A stretch of DNA of 64,000 bases from Lingula anatina (taxonomy: Eukaryota > Animalia > Brachiopoda), in contig CM120642.1 of assembly GCA_051362555.1 (NCBI GenBank), positions 14,880,001 to 14,944,000 of the forward strand. Reading direction: 5' to 3'. Positions 1-15,600 of the stretch are shown piece after piece; positions within the stretch are counted from its first letter, which is position 1, and each line of letters opens with the position of its first letter. The position numbers and the translations under genes were made by a program. The notes beneath the pieces are model-generated. The model saw only the letters and a program-made list of their open reading frames with translations. It was not told where the DNA came from and ran no database searches.

Positions 1-871
1 TTCTCAGTCCTATGTTATTATTGGCACAGAATGCCTTTGCTATATATATATATATATATTCATGTTTTGGGCCCTTGTCAGTCTTATGGCAGGTCTGGGT
101 TTAAATGTAGAAGGTCACAGATTTTTTTCCCTTGCTTGGCTTTCCTCATCCTAAAAAGTCCTCTTGATCCTCACAGTCCTCACAGTCCTCAGTGTTATTG
201 CATATCTTTGCTGGGTGGAAGTAAAGTTACTGGCATGCATGTACCCACTATGAACCTCAAGGTGGCAAGTCTACATGTCTACATACTGGTACAACTGGAA
301 AAAAAAAAAAGAATAATAGTGGTAATATTAATGAATAATAATGAAAGAAAATTGATATTCCATAGATAGGACATCCGCCTTTGCCCCCCTGCCTTGCTTT
401 TGCATGTATCTTTCTTCACCTGTAATTTGCACACAGCTGTGGAATAAAAAGAAAGGTGTTTATGTTTACATTGAGGTTTTCGTTCTCACCTGTTCAATAC
501 AAGGTTATGGACAGATAAAATCAGGTTTAGATCAGCATACACAATCATTGCTTTCTTACTTATCACTCTGGTAGAAGGAAGTATTCTGGAGTCGACAGAT
601 CCAGATGTTTATGTTTCCTCACAAATGCTGCAGTTTCTTAAGCCTTTTCTAAAATTCACACAAAAGCTGTCCTAGCTTGCACTACAAAACCAATTAATGA
701 ATCTGAAAGTGTTAAATGTTCATGTTGGCAATTTCTAGTTTTGGATATTTTCAGATTGCTATGCATTTATTAACAAGTTTAAAAACAAAATTAAATATTT
801 GAAGATATCTAATTCATTAATGAATAATAAGTTAGAATATTCAATTCAGTTTAAATGTCTTATTTTTACAG

Positions 872-1006
872 ATGGTTCAGGATCACAGAAGCAGAAGAAG
901 AAGTATTTTGCTCTCAAGAAAAAGTCCCACACAACCCATCTGGGTGACCTTATTGATAATATTAAGGACAATTTTCGAGATAAAAGTAAAGAAAAAGAAA
1001 ATAAAG
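872..1006 (+). CDS. ARHGAP6: ARHGAP6-like exon ([18 protein letters not shown]...)
   Basis: tttttacag acceptor, gtaagt donor, phase 1-1, in frame with the next exon. Confidence 0.75.
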
Positions 1007-4000
1007 GTAAGTGGATGAAAGCACTGACTTTGCAGTCAAACATTTTCTGACCTTCAGTTCATTCACTGTTGATTGGGAATGCTTGTATTTAGAAGAGACG
1101 TACATTTAGCATGGACCAACTTTTATTTCAGAAGGCTGGTACAGTATGTTGTATGTGCCATGAAATAAGCTTTGTAAATAATGTAGAGATGGTTACTGCA
1201 TGCCATATACTAAAGGACCACTTTCAGCTTAAAATAGTCACATTAAAGCATGGACAATAATTTTTTTAAAAGTGCACTGTCATGAATTACTGTTGTTGTT
1301 ATAGAACTATTTTGCCTGTAGTATTAACATGATGTTTACTGTTGCTGTCTGTTGCAGGTTCTTTGAGATCTTTCCACTTCTGTCCCCATATACATTACTG
1401 TGGCACAACGTTGCATTAAGACCTGTTTATCTATAACTATATCAGTCTTCCCTTTTCTCCAGCTCTTTTGCTCACAGCTTTGTCTATAGTACTAATAGAT
1501 ATTCAGAAGTGAAATGAAATAATCTTACATCTCATTCCAAATTCTAGCAGATATTGATGATAAGTAGGGCACTTCAAAAAATTCTCTACCCCCCTTCCCC
1601 CATACGCACATATACAAGCTGACTCACAGTATTATGATGCTGATAATAAACACAGGCACTTAAAGCACCATCTCACTGTGGTTAAATTTAGGTGCAGACC
1701 ACACACTTTTAGACAGGAATCATCTAAATATGTCTCCTCCAGGTGTAGTTTATTAAACCTATGATCCGATTATGTTCTATAACCTTTTAATTTAGGAGCC
1801 CTTTAGCACTGGCTGCAGTTAACTTAAGGATAATATAAGGTGCATACATGATGCTTACCTGATTTGAGAGATAGGGATGATGAGTTTGGTGGATGGTGTC
1901 TTAATTGGGTCCAAATTAACAGAGAAACAAATGTGGGTACATTTTGTCCTTACCAAAAATAACAAACAAATATGCATACCCATTTATACTTACTGGCTTA
2001 TCAGTGGTTGGTTGGCAGGGGCATTTGTTGTAAATCATACTCTTTGCTTTCTCTTTTTCAGTACTGTCTACAATTCCAGCCTCTGCTGGCAGTTCCATAA
2101 GTTATCTGAAGGGGGGTGGGGAGTGGCATAAGGATATTTTTCACTTCTTTCATTTTAAAAAAGATAAGGGTGGGTAGGTACTTTTCCTCTGTGCTTATTT
2201 AGGATCCATGAAGGTCTCTGCCACCCACTCCACACCCCCCCCCCCTTCTCCCTGAATAAGCATACAGGTGTTAGTCTAACCACATGGGTTATGCCAATGA
2301 ATCATTGTTCCTGGTCAGCTCTCTACATTCAGCATTACTCTCTGCTGAATGGTCTATATTGTATGTAATGCCAAGAAACCCAAAACACCTGGCAGAATGA
2401 GACTGCATGTGCACTTCACATCTAAAAGGAACTCCTGGTTTTAATCCCAGCCCTGCTGTGGTTTTCTGGCTCTCAGAATTATAAGCCATGATTCATGCAT
2501 CCTGAGATAAAATGCAAAAGTTAACATTGTGGTAAATAGTGTCTGCATGAAACACTATTTACATATTTGTTTGTTATTTTATTTCATTAGATTTGATCAA
2601 CTAAGTGATTTGAAAGCACTGTACCAATCCTCACTCCATGCACATTTGCGTAAAGAATATATTGTGACTCACTGGCTATAAGTGTAGAAAAACTCAATGT
2701 CATGGATATATTTGGAGAGTAAAATTAAACAGCAGAAGCATATACACATTCGAGGAAAAATGCATGCTTGCAGAGAGGGAGAGGGAGAGAGAAAGGGAGG
2801 GAGGGAGACAGGGGAGGGGGAGGTAAGCAGAAAATAATGACAATCCACAAAAAGAAAAAGATGAAGCTCACCAAATTGATAAAATATATTTCGTATCCAC
2901 AACTAATGCACATCATTGACCCTTTCCAAATCTCTAGTCAAACTGCAGCCCCTGCATAAGTTATGGTTCTTTATCCACCCCGCCCCACCCCTAAAAATCT
3001 CTGGTTTTGCAGCTTAACTTTTGGTGCACCAGGAATATGTGATGCTCCCAGTGACCTGTGTTATTGATCAGTTATCCCGATTAGATCAATTAACTCTAAA
3101 AGCTTCAATTCTATGGGAAACAGGCAATTGCTAGCATGAGTAGAACCAAGCTGCAGTTGCCGAGGTCTAAATATAGCAGCCTGATACCTGCAGGATGCCT
3201 CTGGGACTGACATTTTAAAAGTACTAAAGGGCTGTATGAGTAGCTTTGAAACCTTTGTATGTATATGAACTCAATAAATGCACCCTCACTATTTTAGTGT
3301 GCTCACACCCCTTTACAAAAATTACCCAGTATATAAACAAAACATGCTTAACAATTTATGAGCCTCTAATTTAACAGAGGTTAACGTGGTAAGGTACATA
3401 TCTGGTGTCCTTTTGCCACTGATGCCTTGGTACAAATGTTACACTGTATAAAAAGAAAGAAATTTACTGAGGGTCAAAAAAAAAAAAAAAAAAAAAGCAT
3501 AAGCTTCTTTCTTTTTTGTTTAGTTTGCATCAGCATCATTAATTAAAGTGGCAAAGAGACAACTAGTTTGTGTCACAACAAGCAGAAGATTTTGAAATAT
3601 GCATTAAAATGCATTATTTATTGTATTTCAGTGTGAAAGCAGTTGCAGAATGCATTTTAAAACATCTGTCTGCTAAAACCCTGGTTTATAGAACTTGTGT
3701 TTATGGGCATGCAGGTTCCATAATCTTTTTTTCATGTTGTTTTTTATTAAGAGGAACATATCCATAACCTAACCTCTACTTGAACTGATGAGGTCTATCA
3801 TCAGCTCCAGGGTTGTATTAATAACATATACTTGGAGCAATGGTCCTAGTACAGTTTTGTCCAAGTTCTGGCTTAGCTGCTATTGCTTTCATTCCAATCT
3901 CACCTCAAACATGCGGGTGATATACTGGTGCTGACCCTATCTAAGGTGAAACGTGCAATCATCGTCGATTTAATTAACATTTTTTTCAGCCGTGACCTAA

Positions 4001-7000
4001 GGAATCTCACCTGAGGTGCTTGTCACTTAGGTTCACACCTTCAGCCCCCTGATCTATTTTCCAATTAATGTGGTCAAACCTGCACCAGCGAAAAGATAAT
4101 AGATAAATATTTGCACCATGATTGCTTTCCCAGCTTTTTCAGCTATCAAAAACCCATTTCCATGTGGTCAACCTTACCATTCTGTAGTTCAGTAAATGTA
4201 AGAGCTAGTATGATGGAAGTATGGTCTGAATGGTTATCTAGAACCGATGGGAATCTTACACCATACAGCGGCCATAAACTGAGCAGCAGTTGTATTCTGT
4301 CAAGCTTTCAATAATGACCTAATGTAAACAAGTGTATTAGTTCTGAGTACCACCCAAGGGCTTTCATGTTTGGTATACCACTTAACAAGTAGACAAACCA
4401 TTTTATTATCTACTTTTTTTTTTCATAATGATCTAGCTAGCTGTTCTACCTTGTAGTTTTATATCTCCAGTTCATCACCACCCAAGATGCCCTGTGTATT
4501 CCATTTTCCGACCAGATGCACTTGTAAAGATAAACAGAGAAACATTTATAATTTTTTCTATCTATAAATGATGACCTGAACAAATTCTTTACCTTCAGAT
4601 CACCACCCAGGAGGTCTAGTATTTGGTATACCTCTTTCTAAGTGCATTTCTAATGATCTCGCCCTGAAGAGGAGAAAGTTATCCCTACTTCAAGAAAGAC
4701 AAGATGATGGATGTAATACGCAGAGGAGGTGAGATTTCTGTCTACCTTTCTTCGATTCTATGTACACACATGCATTGTGTTGTGCACATATTTTATATCA
4801 AATACTGGTACATGCCTGCAACATTGTTATATCCAATGTATCTGAGCACACATGCATACAGAAGTACATGCACATTCTTTCTCCATAATTGATGATTCAC
4901 TGTAATACAGAAACTTATTAGTAAAATAAGACAAGGAAATAAACAAACAAAAGAACTACACATGCAACAACCATAAAATGACAAATTATGATTAACGCAG
5001 GCTGATATGGCAAAAATGAAACCAATTATCAGACAAAAATAACTTCCTGCTTCATAGCCCATTATGAATATTTCAGCATACCTTTGAACTACTACTTGCG
5101 GAGGGGGGAGGTGATGTACAGATATAAACCAATCTTTGGTCATTTCTGCATTAAAAAATAGTAGGAAGCTCCCAGTACGCCCTGCTGCTGCATAGCATTA
5201 GTCTGAAGGTTCAATTGTCCAAATGTTCACAATAGAACCTTCAGACCAACGAACCCTTTTATTAAACACTGATGAAAAATTTTTCGATTTTTCGGACCAA
5301 TAAACCTTGGGACTATCAAGACGCATGCCCCATGGTTCTGCTTTTGCTACCGTTGGTCTTCCTCCTTGTAGTCCCAAGTAAACAGGCAGTCCATCAACAG
5401 TGCTGCCAGCTAGTCTGACAGGTTGAGAATCTGTCAGTTCCACCTCTCAACAAGTATATGTACCCTGACTTTCAGAGCAGCAGGAGTGATCCTTGTTTTC
5501 TATATAATCTTGTTTCCTTTAGATCAAGCAGGTTTATGGCAGACAGTGATCCTATCTTATGCACATACCTGCAATCATCCAAAATTTTAGCAATGTGATC
5601 CAAGAAAGTTTTGGAAAATTTTAAGGAATTTATTGATGTGGGGCAATAATTTTCTCAGCCAAATTAACAAAGAGCAAAAAATGCAAGATTATCTCAAAAG
5701 AAAGTGAAACTCAAGGTACACATAGCAGAGGGTACAGGTACAACTGTACCTGTAGAAAAGCTTTGCCAAAGAAATGGAAGACAAACTTACAATCAGAGAA
5801 GTTGCCCTCATTAAAAGACGTATTAAAGGGCAGAAACAGTGGGAAGATCTAGTACTGTCTGTTACAAGAAGTAACTACTATGGTAGTAAATAAATTAAGT
5901 AACATCTTTGGTGTGATAGGTACAGAGAGGATTCACATGGTAGCTGTCACACTTGTGAAGACTACTCACCTATCAATGAACCAGCCACTGATGGAAGCCA
6001 GACATGTTTTGATATTGTGAACCAAACCTATACCTATGTGTGTGCTTGAACTCAGCCTTGTAACTACAAGCTGCAGTATCACTGTACAAAATATTGTCAA
6101 AATACTCCCCAGAGCATGCACTGTGCTAGAGCAGTAAGGTTGAAATATCAGTTGGCGAACTTGTCAAACACTTTATGGGCATGGTTATTAAAGTGAGCGT
6201 GCTATTTGCCCTTAGATAAGAATTAAAAAAAAAAAAATCAAATTACACATTTTTGGAAAAACATCATGCAGTCTGACATGGTACTTCAGAATTAGTACCT
6301 GCTCTAGACTATTGCATGTAAATTATGAGAAGTTTATAACTAGATTTTCTTAACTAGTAGAGTCAATATATCAAGAGTTTATTTTAAATACATACAAGGT
6401 ATGTCTAGAACTAGAACTGTGCAGATTCCACAGAGGCATATTAGGAAACAAACAGACAGATTTTAGGTTAACCTTTCTTATCACCCTGCCCAATTCAGAT
6501 TTATGAATAGTTTCTAATCATCTCTCTGATGTAATACCAGGCCCAACTGTCCGGAAAAACTGAAAATATTACCAGGAATGCTTTAGATTTCCAGGGGATT
6601 TCCTTTACCTTTCATACTGTGATTTATCAGTTAACCAGTAAATCTGGCAATCTTGCTCAGAATGATCAATTAATACCAAATGTTCATCTCGCAAGACTCA
6701 GAAAAAAATATAATTTTCAGAAGCATATCTTTATATACAGTTTACCTAGAAGCACTAGTGCATGGCGTCATTGAGAACTGATTGAAGAAGATTACTGACA
6801 AATTATATCTCTTGCTCTTTACATATATATATGTAGACCCTATCCCTTCTAAACCACATCCCATACAGCACAGCAGTGATATGATCAACTTGGAAATTAA
6901 GTACTAGTAAACACCTGGACAGTGTAGATAATGATGAGGAAAACACCATCCCAACACCCCAGATGGCTGGTAAAAAACCTACCAGACCAGAAACAAGATA

Positions 7001-10000
7001 TTAGCCAAACAAGACTGAGTCTACACTTCCAATGTAACACTATTCACATCTTAACAGCAAAAAACATGTCTGATATGTGGTGCTTTGCCATAACCATGAA
7101 TCACAGGTAATAGAGAAGTTGGAAAAACAAACATCCAGCTCAAAACAGAGCACTATCGCTCAGAAGATCTAAAGGTTATATCTTTAAAGCAAACAACAGT
7201 TAGCTTTAGATTGCCTGCTCTGGTTCTATCAGGTTGCTCCTGGACACAAAATTCAGACACACGAACAAATGTAAAAACCATTATCTTTCTGTTCTTGTTT
7301 CTTTAAGTAGGTATAAGTTTAGCTCAGGTGGCCCTATTAAACAGCTTCTGTTACAGTGCAATGAGTTTAGAGTTGCAAGTAGTCGGCTGAAAAAGTACAG
7401 TTGTGACGTAAATGACAATTTGGCAAAAGTCAAAATTTTTATGATAGCATTCTAGTTTAACGCATCATTTTTTATCTGTTTTAACAAACTTGATTAAAAT
7501 ATTTCATTATTCCAAATTGTTCAAACCACTATCTTTACAAATTTTGGCTTCTGTTACTACAGAGCTGCACGTTGTCATAATACAAGAATAAAATGTCATA
7601 AAACTTAAAACTATACTTTAAAAGATATTGCATTTAGGTTATTATCTAAAATATATGATTATTTGAAAGAAGAGGTGCCCAAAAATATTTATTAAAATAA
7701 CCATTATATTATCTGCTCCACAGGAAATCAAGTAGTTCCTCCACCAGTTCTAGTGCAACACAAGATGGCAGCTCTTCCCTGCTGCAACTGCCAGTTGATC
7801 TGGCACACAGAAAGGTAAAACATTGGCATACTATACATGCATGTGTTGGACCAATTTCAAATGGTTTCTCTGATGCACTTGACTAAATGTGACTTGAGGT
7901 CTGAAAAAAAAAATAAATAAATAAAATAAAATAAATAAATAAATTAGAGAATGTAGACAGTGTGAGTATAGAGATATTGCTGAAATTTTGCAAATCTGTT
8001 GACCAATGATGTATAAGTATCTGCGAGCTTGCAAGCCTGTTTCAGTTAATTCTATTTTCCCATTGTTGATAAGTCACATTGGAGCAAAGCTTAAACAATG
8101 ATTGTTTGATCTAATGTAGTGCTCAGACAGCTAGATTTAAATAACCTCTTTAATTCATGTTATATAAAACACACAAAATACATTTTAATTACAATAAAAA
8201 CAATCTCAATGGTTGCTTTTCATAACGCTGAGTATCTAAGAGTGTTTGGTTCTTCTTTAGAATGATAGTTCAGAGTCACTTAGCAACCTGGAAGGGCGCA
8301 GAGGTTCTAGTCAGCTGATTGATGCACTCACACTCTCTCCGCGTACTGAAAGGCGGCCAAGTTTTACTCCTAATTCAACTCCACAAGTGCCATACATTGT
8401 TAATACTTGTTTCAAGCACATTGAAACATATGGTGAGTACTTTCAAGTTGTTGTTTTTAGATTCAAAAATAATTTTAAAAATCTAATTGATACACATTGA
8501 GTCTTCTGAATTGGTCAGACTTTCTGTTATCCTCAAAGTCACCTTTCTGTTAAAAAAGTTGAGAAAGTTTTACACCTTCGAACATGCTCATTACTGAATG
8601 TAGATCACACACACGTACATCTTGGATAACTTTCTTTTTCAGAACATGAAAGTCATCATCAGATTACGTCTGAGCAAAAATGTGTAGTTACATGATTAAA
8701 AAAGGTTAAAAAAAGTCATTAAATCAGTTATTAAATCAGTTATGTATAAATCTAGTTAACATCAAGGCTAAATACTATACACTAATTCTAATAATCAAAT
8801 TCCAATCACAGAGAAGCAAATATCCCAGAGGTAAAAGCATGGTTAAATGTCCATTTCATAGCATAATGATATTTCCAGGTTTACGGGTGCTGGGCATCTT
8901 TCGAGTGGGGAGCTCAAAGAAGAGATCTAAACAGGTGAGACAGACATTAATATTCACCCACATTTCCCAGGCCTCAAAAGTACTAGAGAATAAATAAATA
9001 TTCCCCTACCACAAATATGCATAATAAAATTCCTGAGTCAAAATATTTTGTAGATTAAAGTGTTTGAGGGGTTTGAAGATGTATCATGCACGTAAGCACT
9101 ATATTTACTTTGCAAATTTCACTTCAAAGAAAACAGGAGTTAAGACTGATGTTCCATTCGCACCATAATCCTGAAATCTATGGTAAAGTGATACCTAACC
9201 CAATATTTTCACTCTACACAGAACATTTGCCAGCTGTTTCTAGGAATTAAAATTGATTAGGCACCCTGGAATTTACCCTTCAGTTTACCTGGATAGATAT
9301 CTGTTTTATTGGGCTCCTGGAATAGGGAAACTCATTCTACTAATGAGAGGAAAGTGTGTATTTTCAAACATAAATCATCCACAACATAATCTATGTTCTG
9401 ACAGAAATTTGCAGCCCTTTTCAAGTTGGAATATCATTTGTCTTCATCTCCTTCTAAGATGGCTCTAAGATTGCAGTGTTGGAGTAAGCATGAAGTGTAA
9501 AGTAATACTGAGCTCATTCTAGGATGTATTTTTTGTGAAATAGCCGGATATCTAACATTGAGAAAAAAGGATAAATTTGGTGAATGATGGTATAACGTTT
9601 TACATATTCTTCAGGCAAATAAAAAATTGTACAGCATTTGGATGTCATATGTATGACCCAAGTGTATATGCCATTTTACATTAATATTCTGCAGTTTCTT
9701 TTAGAATCATTTCAAAAACAGAACTTGTAATTTCTTTCAAAGTGCAACCTGGTGTGAATGTCATATTAAATATAAAATTTACTCTGTCCTGTGAATAGAA
9801 AATTAACAATTAACATACTGTAAGTAATGTTCCAAACACATTGTAGGCATAGATGATTTTCAGTTTGTTTATTAGTAAATTACTGATATGAGAAGATTTC
9901 TTATATATAAATGAGGGCACTAAAATATCAGTAATTTAAATTAAAGTCAAAAGTGTATTCAACTGTATCAAAACCTGTGTCATATTACAGTTAAGGGATG

Positions 10001-12579
10001 AGTTTGACTCTGGAAAAGATGTTAAGCTAAATGAAGAACACAATCCTCATGACGTGGCCGCTCTGCTGAAAGAATTTTTTCGGGATCTACCGGAACCTCT
10101 GTTAACACGAGATTTGTATGCTTCTTTTGTAGCTGCAAGAAGTAAGTACACCAAATTTTGTAAAAAAAAAATCATTTTAACTTACTAAACAGATGTCAGT
10201 CTTACTAGTACTTTGAAGATTTTTTTGTTTACTCTAAAATAAACACTGCTATGTGTATCTTTTTATGAAAACATCAGCCCATACATTCAAGGTATTTTTC
10301 CTTAACTCCCAAAAATTACAGCTGCAGTGAAATAAAACTTTGAATTTCATCAGCATTTTTACTAATATTTTCATTAATTTTTACCATTGCTCAGGGATAA
10401 CAGACCGTCCGACTCAGTTAGAGGCCATGAGATGCCTTGTGTCATTGCTGCCTAGACCAAATAGGGACACACTGCTCAGACTGGTCAAGTTCTTATCCAA
10501 AGTTGCTCAACATTCCACAGATGCTGTTGATGAAAGTGGGCAGTTGGTGAGTACTGTTGCTATCACTGTTGTTGCTGTATGTGTTCACTGAATGAATCAA
10601 TGGTAATATAAATATAGATTCTAGCAACAGGTCTCTTGTTGTTGTAAACCTCTTTTAAGTTAAAATATTTACTTTTTCTACAGTGTCTTTTGTATGTTTA
10701 GGTATGACTGTTATCAGCTTGTCTTGTTGGAGTAATTTGGCCAATAAGCTACATATTTAACAATCATCTGCTCTTTTATTTCCAGCTACCAGGGAATAAG
10801 ATGGACTCCCTTAACTTAGCTATCTTGTTTGGACCAAACATTCTCCATAATGCTAAGAGTGGTTTATCAGAATTTCAAGTGGAGAGAACAGAGAGAGCGG
10901 AGGAGAGAGATGAGGTCAATCAGGTTGTCAAGGACATGATAGAGAACCATCAGGACATATTTGAGGTATGTTGAAGAACAGATTGCAAAGCTCTTGTTTA
11001 CAGTGAGGTACATGTAGGTCAGGGTTTTGGACCCTGGCAGGGTCATACCAAAGGCTGGTTTCAGCTAGTACAGGGACCTAGCTGGTTTCTCCCCACTGAG
11101 TTTTAACACAGGATAAAACAGGGGGTACTGACAAGGTCATCTTACTCTTGGCTTCTGCTTTTGGCAGGTTTGAAAGCCATGTGCAGCAGGTTAGGTGATT
11201 GTTTCTTAATTATGAAAAATGAAAACTGGTGAAATTATTGAACAAGAAAGATTTTGTTTGATATCAAGTATAAGTCTTCTGCTCAGTTTATTTTTCAAGA
11301 ATTTCTGAAAAATATGGCTCAATTAAGTGCCATTGGCATATAACCACAGAAAGCATCTTCAAAACAAGTAAAAAATGTCTTGCTGAAAAAGATTTGAACG
11401 AAGTAGACCAGAAAAAAAATATTGTGTTGAAATTTAATTGATTTTCAAGACACAGACAAAAAAATGGCATTATTACAATACATTGCTCTGTGCCAAGGTT
11501 CTCAAGTAAAAGAGGCCATGCACTCCAAGAACTAACAAGGATAAACTGGTGCAACCAAGAAATTGGCAAATTAAACAAACAGAAAAGAGCATCTCCTTGA
11601 GACACCCAAATTTGTAATATGAGTGGCCATTCCCACTCATCCATCATAATTGGCATTCAAACTTTCCACACTTTCATTGAACCCAGGGTTCATTTTCCCC
11701 AAATGTTTAGTCCTTGCACTGATTAGAGAATGCTCAACATTAAGCATGACAAAAAGGCAAGGCAGCCATTTATATACCAGGGTCCCTGTTACTAACAGGG
11801 TAATAAACAATGCAGTTTCCAGTGCCCTTTTCTCCAGTAGGTCTACCTTACATCAAGGCAGCTCACAGACAGCATGCAGACATGTACATGTACCTGGTGA
11901 AATAGTGAAATGAACTTAGTAGACACCTAATACTAAAGGAACATCTCCAGAAATTCTTTCTTTCTTGGGTTGCTTGTTTTACATGCAATGTATGCAGACA
12001 TCTGAAGCAAGCTTAAATTGATATATTCTTATCATTTAGTCTAACAGTCAGAAAGTCTAGCTTTCTGACATGGATATATGTGTGTATGTGTGGTTGTGTG
12101 TGGGGGTTGGGGTGCTGGGGTGAGGGTGGGGGTGGGGGTGGGGGCATTGAAGTCACTGAAGCCTCCCTCTATCAGAGATGAAAGTGGACCTTCTAGGAAA
12201 ATCCAGAAAAAAGTAAATGCTGTGTGGGAGTCGGGGGGCGGGGGGCATAAATACAACACTAGATAAATCTGGGAGACTTTCATCTTAACTTCATTAGATG
12301 TTCATATGGCTTAAAAGCATAATGTTCAAATAAGAAAAATCCAACTACATGCAAAACCTTCAATAAAATCCTCGACCTGACTGATGGTTCCCATATTACA
12401 TCAGAATCACTTCTTAGTATGACATTTTAAAGCTATATATTTGATAAGGATTGTAAAAAGAAATGCAACAGGCCTACATAATGGACTGCATCTTCGAAGT
12501 ATCGTACTGAATTATTTACTTATGGTGTTGATAACTGCCACTAAATTTTATTTGATTAGATTATTGTTACCCCTCCAAA

Positions 12580-12614
<35 letters not shown>

Positions 12615-15600
12615 ATGATATCTAATGCAAATTTTGGAAACTTAAAAATACAGCAGAATTTTTTAATCAGATTTTTCAAAATCAACTGTCAGGTCTCAAG
12701 TAGGTGTGTAACCTGTTGATGGTGTATGTGCACAGTTTGCAGGCTTCATCTTCACACTATCAGTCACATCAAGGTAAATAACCTGCCTGGTTTATGAAGA
12801 TAGAGCTAGCTTGGAGCACTTTATCTGACTTGCATCTCTGACAAGAATGAGAATTTGGCAGCATATCCAGACAGGGTTGCTCCTCTTTGGCTCCATACTG
12901 TTTATACACACTGAGAGCTCCCTGGCCCTGGTGTCAAAGAAGGGCACTATTAACACTTTGTGAAGATGGTGGGCAAAGGTTTTTTGACACTGTGTGATGG
13001 ATGTTTTTATTATGTTCTGCCATACCATGACATAACAATACACAAAGTTTCTGGTGCATGTTGTTTTTCTCTCTTTCCTTCTCTGTGTCACATACATACA
13101 TGTATGCTCACATTCGTGCATGCACACACACACACACACACACACATACTTGTCTATGTGTACCAACCGAGGACATCAGCACAACACCATACAACCGAGG
13201 ACATCTTATTCCTTGGTTAAATCAAAATAAAAACATTCAATTTAGGGTAAAATCTATTCGAGTATGAATGTTATAAATTAATTTTTTATAAAAACTAATT
13301 TTTTGCTGACAAGAATTTTACATTCTAACCGAGGACACACAGGGACACACACACGGACAGACACTACACATTACAACCGAGGACATGCATGCATCTACAT
13401 GTAATAATGATTGTACTTTTAATGCAAAGCAAATTTTATATAGCGTTACTTTGCAGCAATTCACATTTTTATGAAATTCTTTCATATTTAAGGTAAATTC
13501 CAAAATAACACCAGTGGTGATGATTAAATGAACAGTTATACAATATTTAATGCTGGGCTTTGCCACTTTTTTAGAATTGAAGATTATGAGATAAAACATC
13601 AATTAATTTAGGAAAAGAAAGGATACTGATGAAATTAAATAAAAGACCAAAGAAATTCGTTTTCAAACATTTTATTTTCATAATGCTTATTTTCTATTTA
13701 GCACTCTTTTATTATCATGAATTTTATATTTTGATAACACAAAGTGTCGTCCATTGGATACAGACTTGCACAGTACACAATTTTACAATTGAGGACATCA
13801 TGCCAGCAGCACCCAAAATTGTGCTTTCTTCCAATTTGATGCAATATTATATAATGCTTAACAGCATAATGATCATCAATTTTTTATAATAAAATATTAG
13901 TATCATGAATATTCAGAAAATGTGACTAGCAAAGGTTTTCAGGTTCATGGAACTCCAAAGTCATACTTTGAAAATGCTAAATGTATACAAGACAGCACTG
14001 TACTGAAATGGGTTTCTTTCCATTTTTAACTTTTTTACATAAAATAATACAGTTTACTGCCATTTCACATGATCAACTAAGAAAATTGTTGAGATGGCAA
14101 AAATATCAATATAACAAGTTTAAATGTCCAATTTCCTCCATTCCGAACATTGTGAATGATTGAATCTGACAAACTACAATGATACGAGTTCATTTCCATT
14201 TTGGCACTTTTTTTACACAATACAAGATAACAGGTTTACCACCATTTTTATATAATCAACTAGCAATATTGTCAAGACGCAGAAATTGTCAAACAACCCA
14301 TTTTACATATCTAGTAAATTCAATAATGAGACTTGTTACATGCCTGACAATCAAATCTGAGGAAAACCACTTATATACAAATAAAAGCTGAAGTCCCTCA
14401 AAACTCAACCAATCAATCTTATTTTTAAATTTGATTTGTATATAGATAACATTGATCACTCTTGTGAGTTTAATGACAACAGGCCTATCGGTTCTCCCTG
14501 AAATGTGCTTACAGTGTTACTAATATGCTTTTACTAATAATCATCAGTTCTGTGAGTTTCATGAAAACAGGCTTTAAGTTATTAGTTCTCCCTGAAATGT
14601 GCTTACAGTGTTACATATATGTTGAAAAAAAAAAAAAAAAACAGCATAAAATTTGAAAGAAAAGGGCCTGGTCTTGCTGATTTTCAATCTTGACCATTCT
14701 TTTACTAATAATCATCAGTTCTGTGAGTTTCATGAAAACAGGCTTATTGGTTCTCCTTGAAATATGTTAACAGTGTTGCATGTACACTGAAAAAAGGAGA
14801 AAAAAATGCAAAACTTTTGAAAATAATCACCCCATTTCCTCCATTTTGAGACACTGTATTACACAGTACATGATAACATGTTTACCGTCATATTTATATA
14901 ATCAACTAGCAATGTTGTAAAGATGCAGACAATTTCAGAGAAACACTAACATATTTACATATCTAGTTAATTCAATAGTGGACTGTTTACATGCCTGACA
15001 ATCAAATCTGAGGAAAACCACTTATACACAAATAAAAGCTGAAGTCCCTCAAAACTCAACCAATCAATCTTATTTTTAAATTTGATTTGTATATAGATAA
15101 CATTGATCACTCTTGTGAGTTTAATGACAACAGGCCTATCGGTTCTCCCTGAAATGTGCTTACAGTGTTACTAATATGCTTTTACTAATAATCATCAGTT
15201 CCGTGAGTTTCATGAAAACAGGCTTTAAGTCATTGGTTCTCCCTGAAATGTGCTTACAGTGTTACATATATGTTGAAAAAAAAAAAAAAAAAAAAAAAAA
15301 ACAGCATAAAATTTGAAAGAAAAGGGCCTGGGCATGCGGATTTTCAATCTTGACCATTCTTTTACTAATAATCATCAGTTCTGTGAGTTTCATGAAAACA
15401 GGCTTATTGGTTCTCCTTGAAATGTGCTTACAGTGTTACATATATGCTGAAAAAAAACCAGCATAACATTTGAAAGAAAAGGGCCTGGTCATGCTGATTT
15501 TCAATCTTGATAATTCTTTTTAATTTACTAATAATCATCAGTTCTCTGAGTTTCATGAAAACAGGCTTATTGGTTCTCCCTGAAAAATGCTTACAGTGTT

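Noticed and set aside
5201-5246. 18-bp-stem hairpin as a pre-miRNA
   Set aside because: It is short, and neighbouring ggaccaa/gaccaacgaacc motifs look like subterminal repeats of a decayed DNA transposon.
6780-7290. Possible hAT transposase relic (CFAITMN and LLDTKFR resemble CxAH and LDPRFK)
   Set aside because: The motifs are far too close together, frames are broken and there is no supporting TIR pair.
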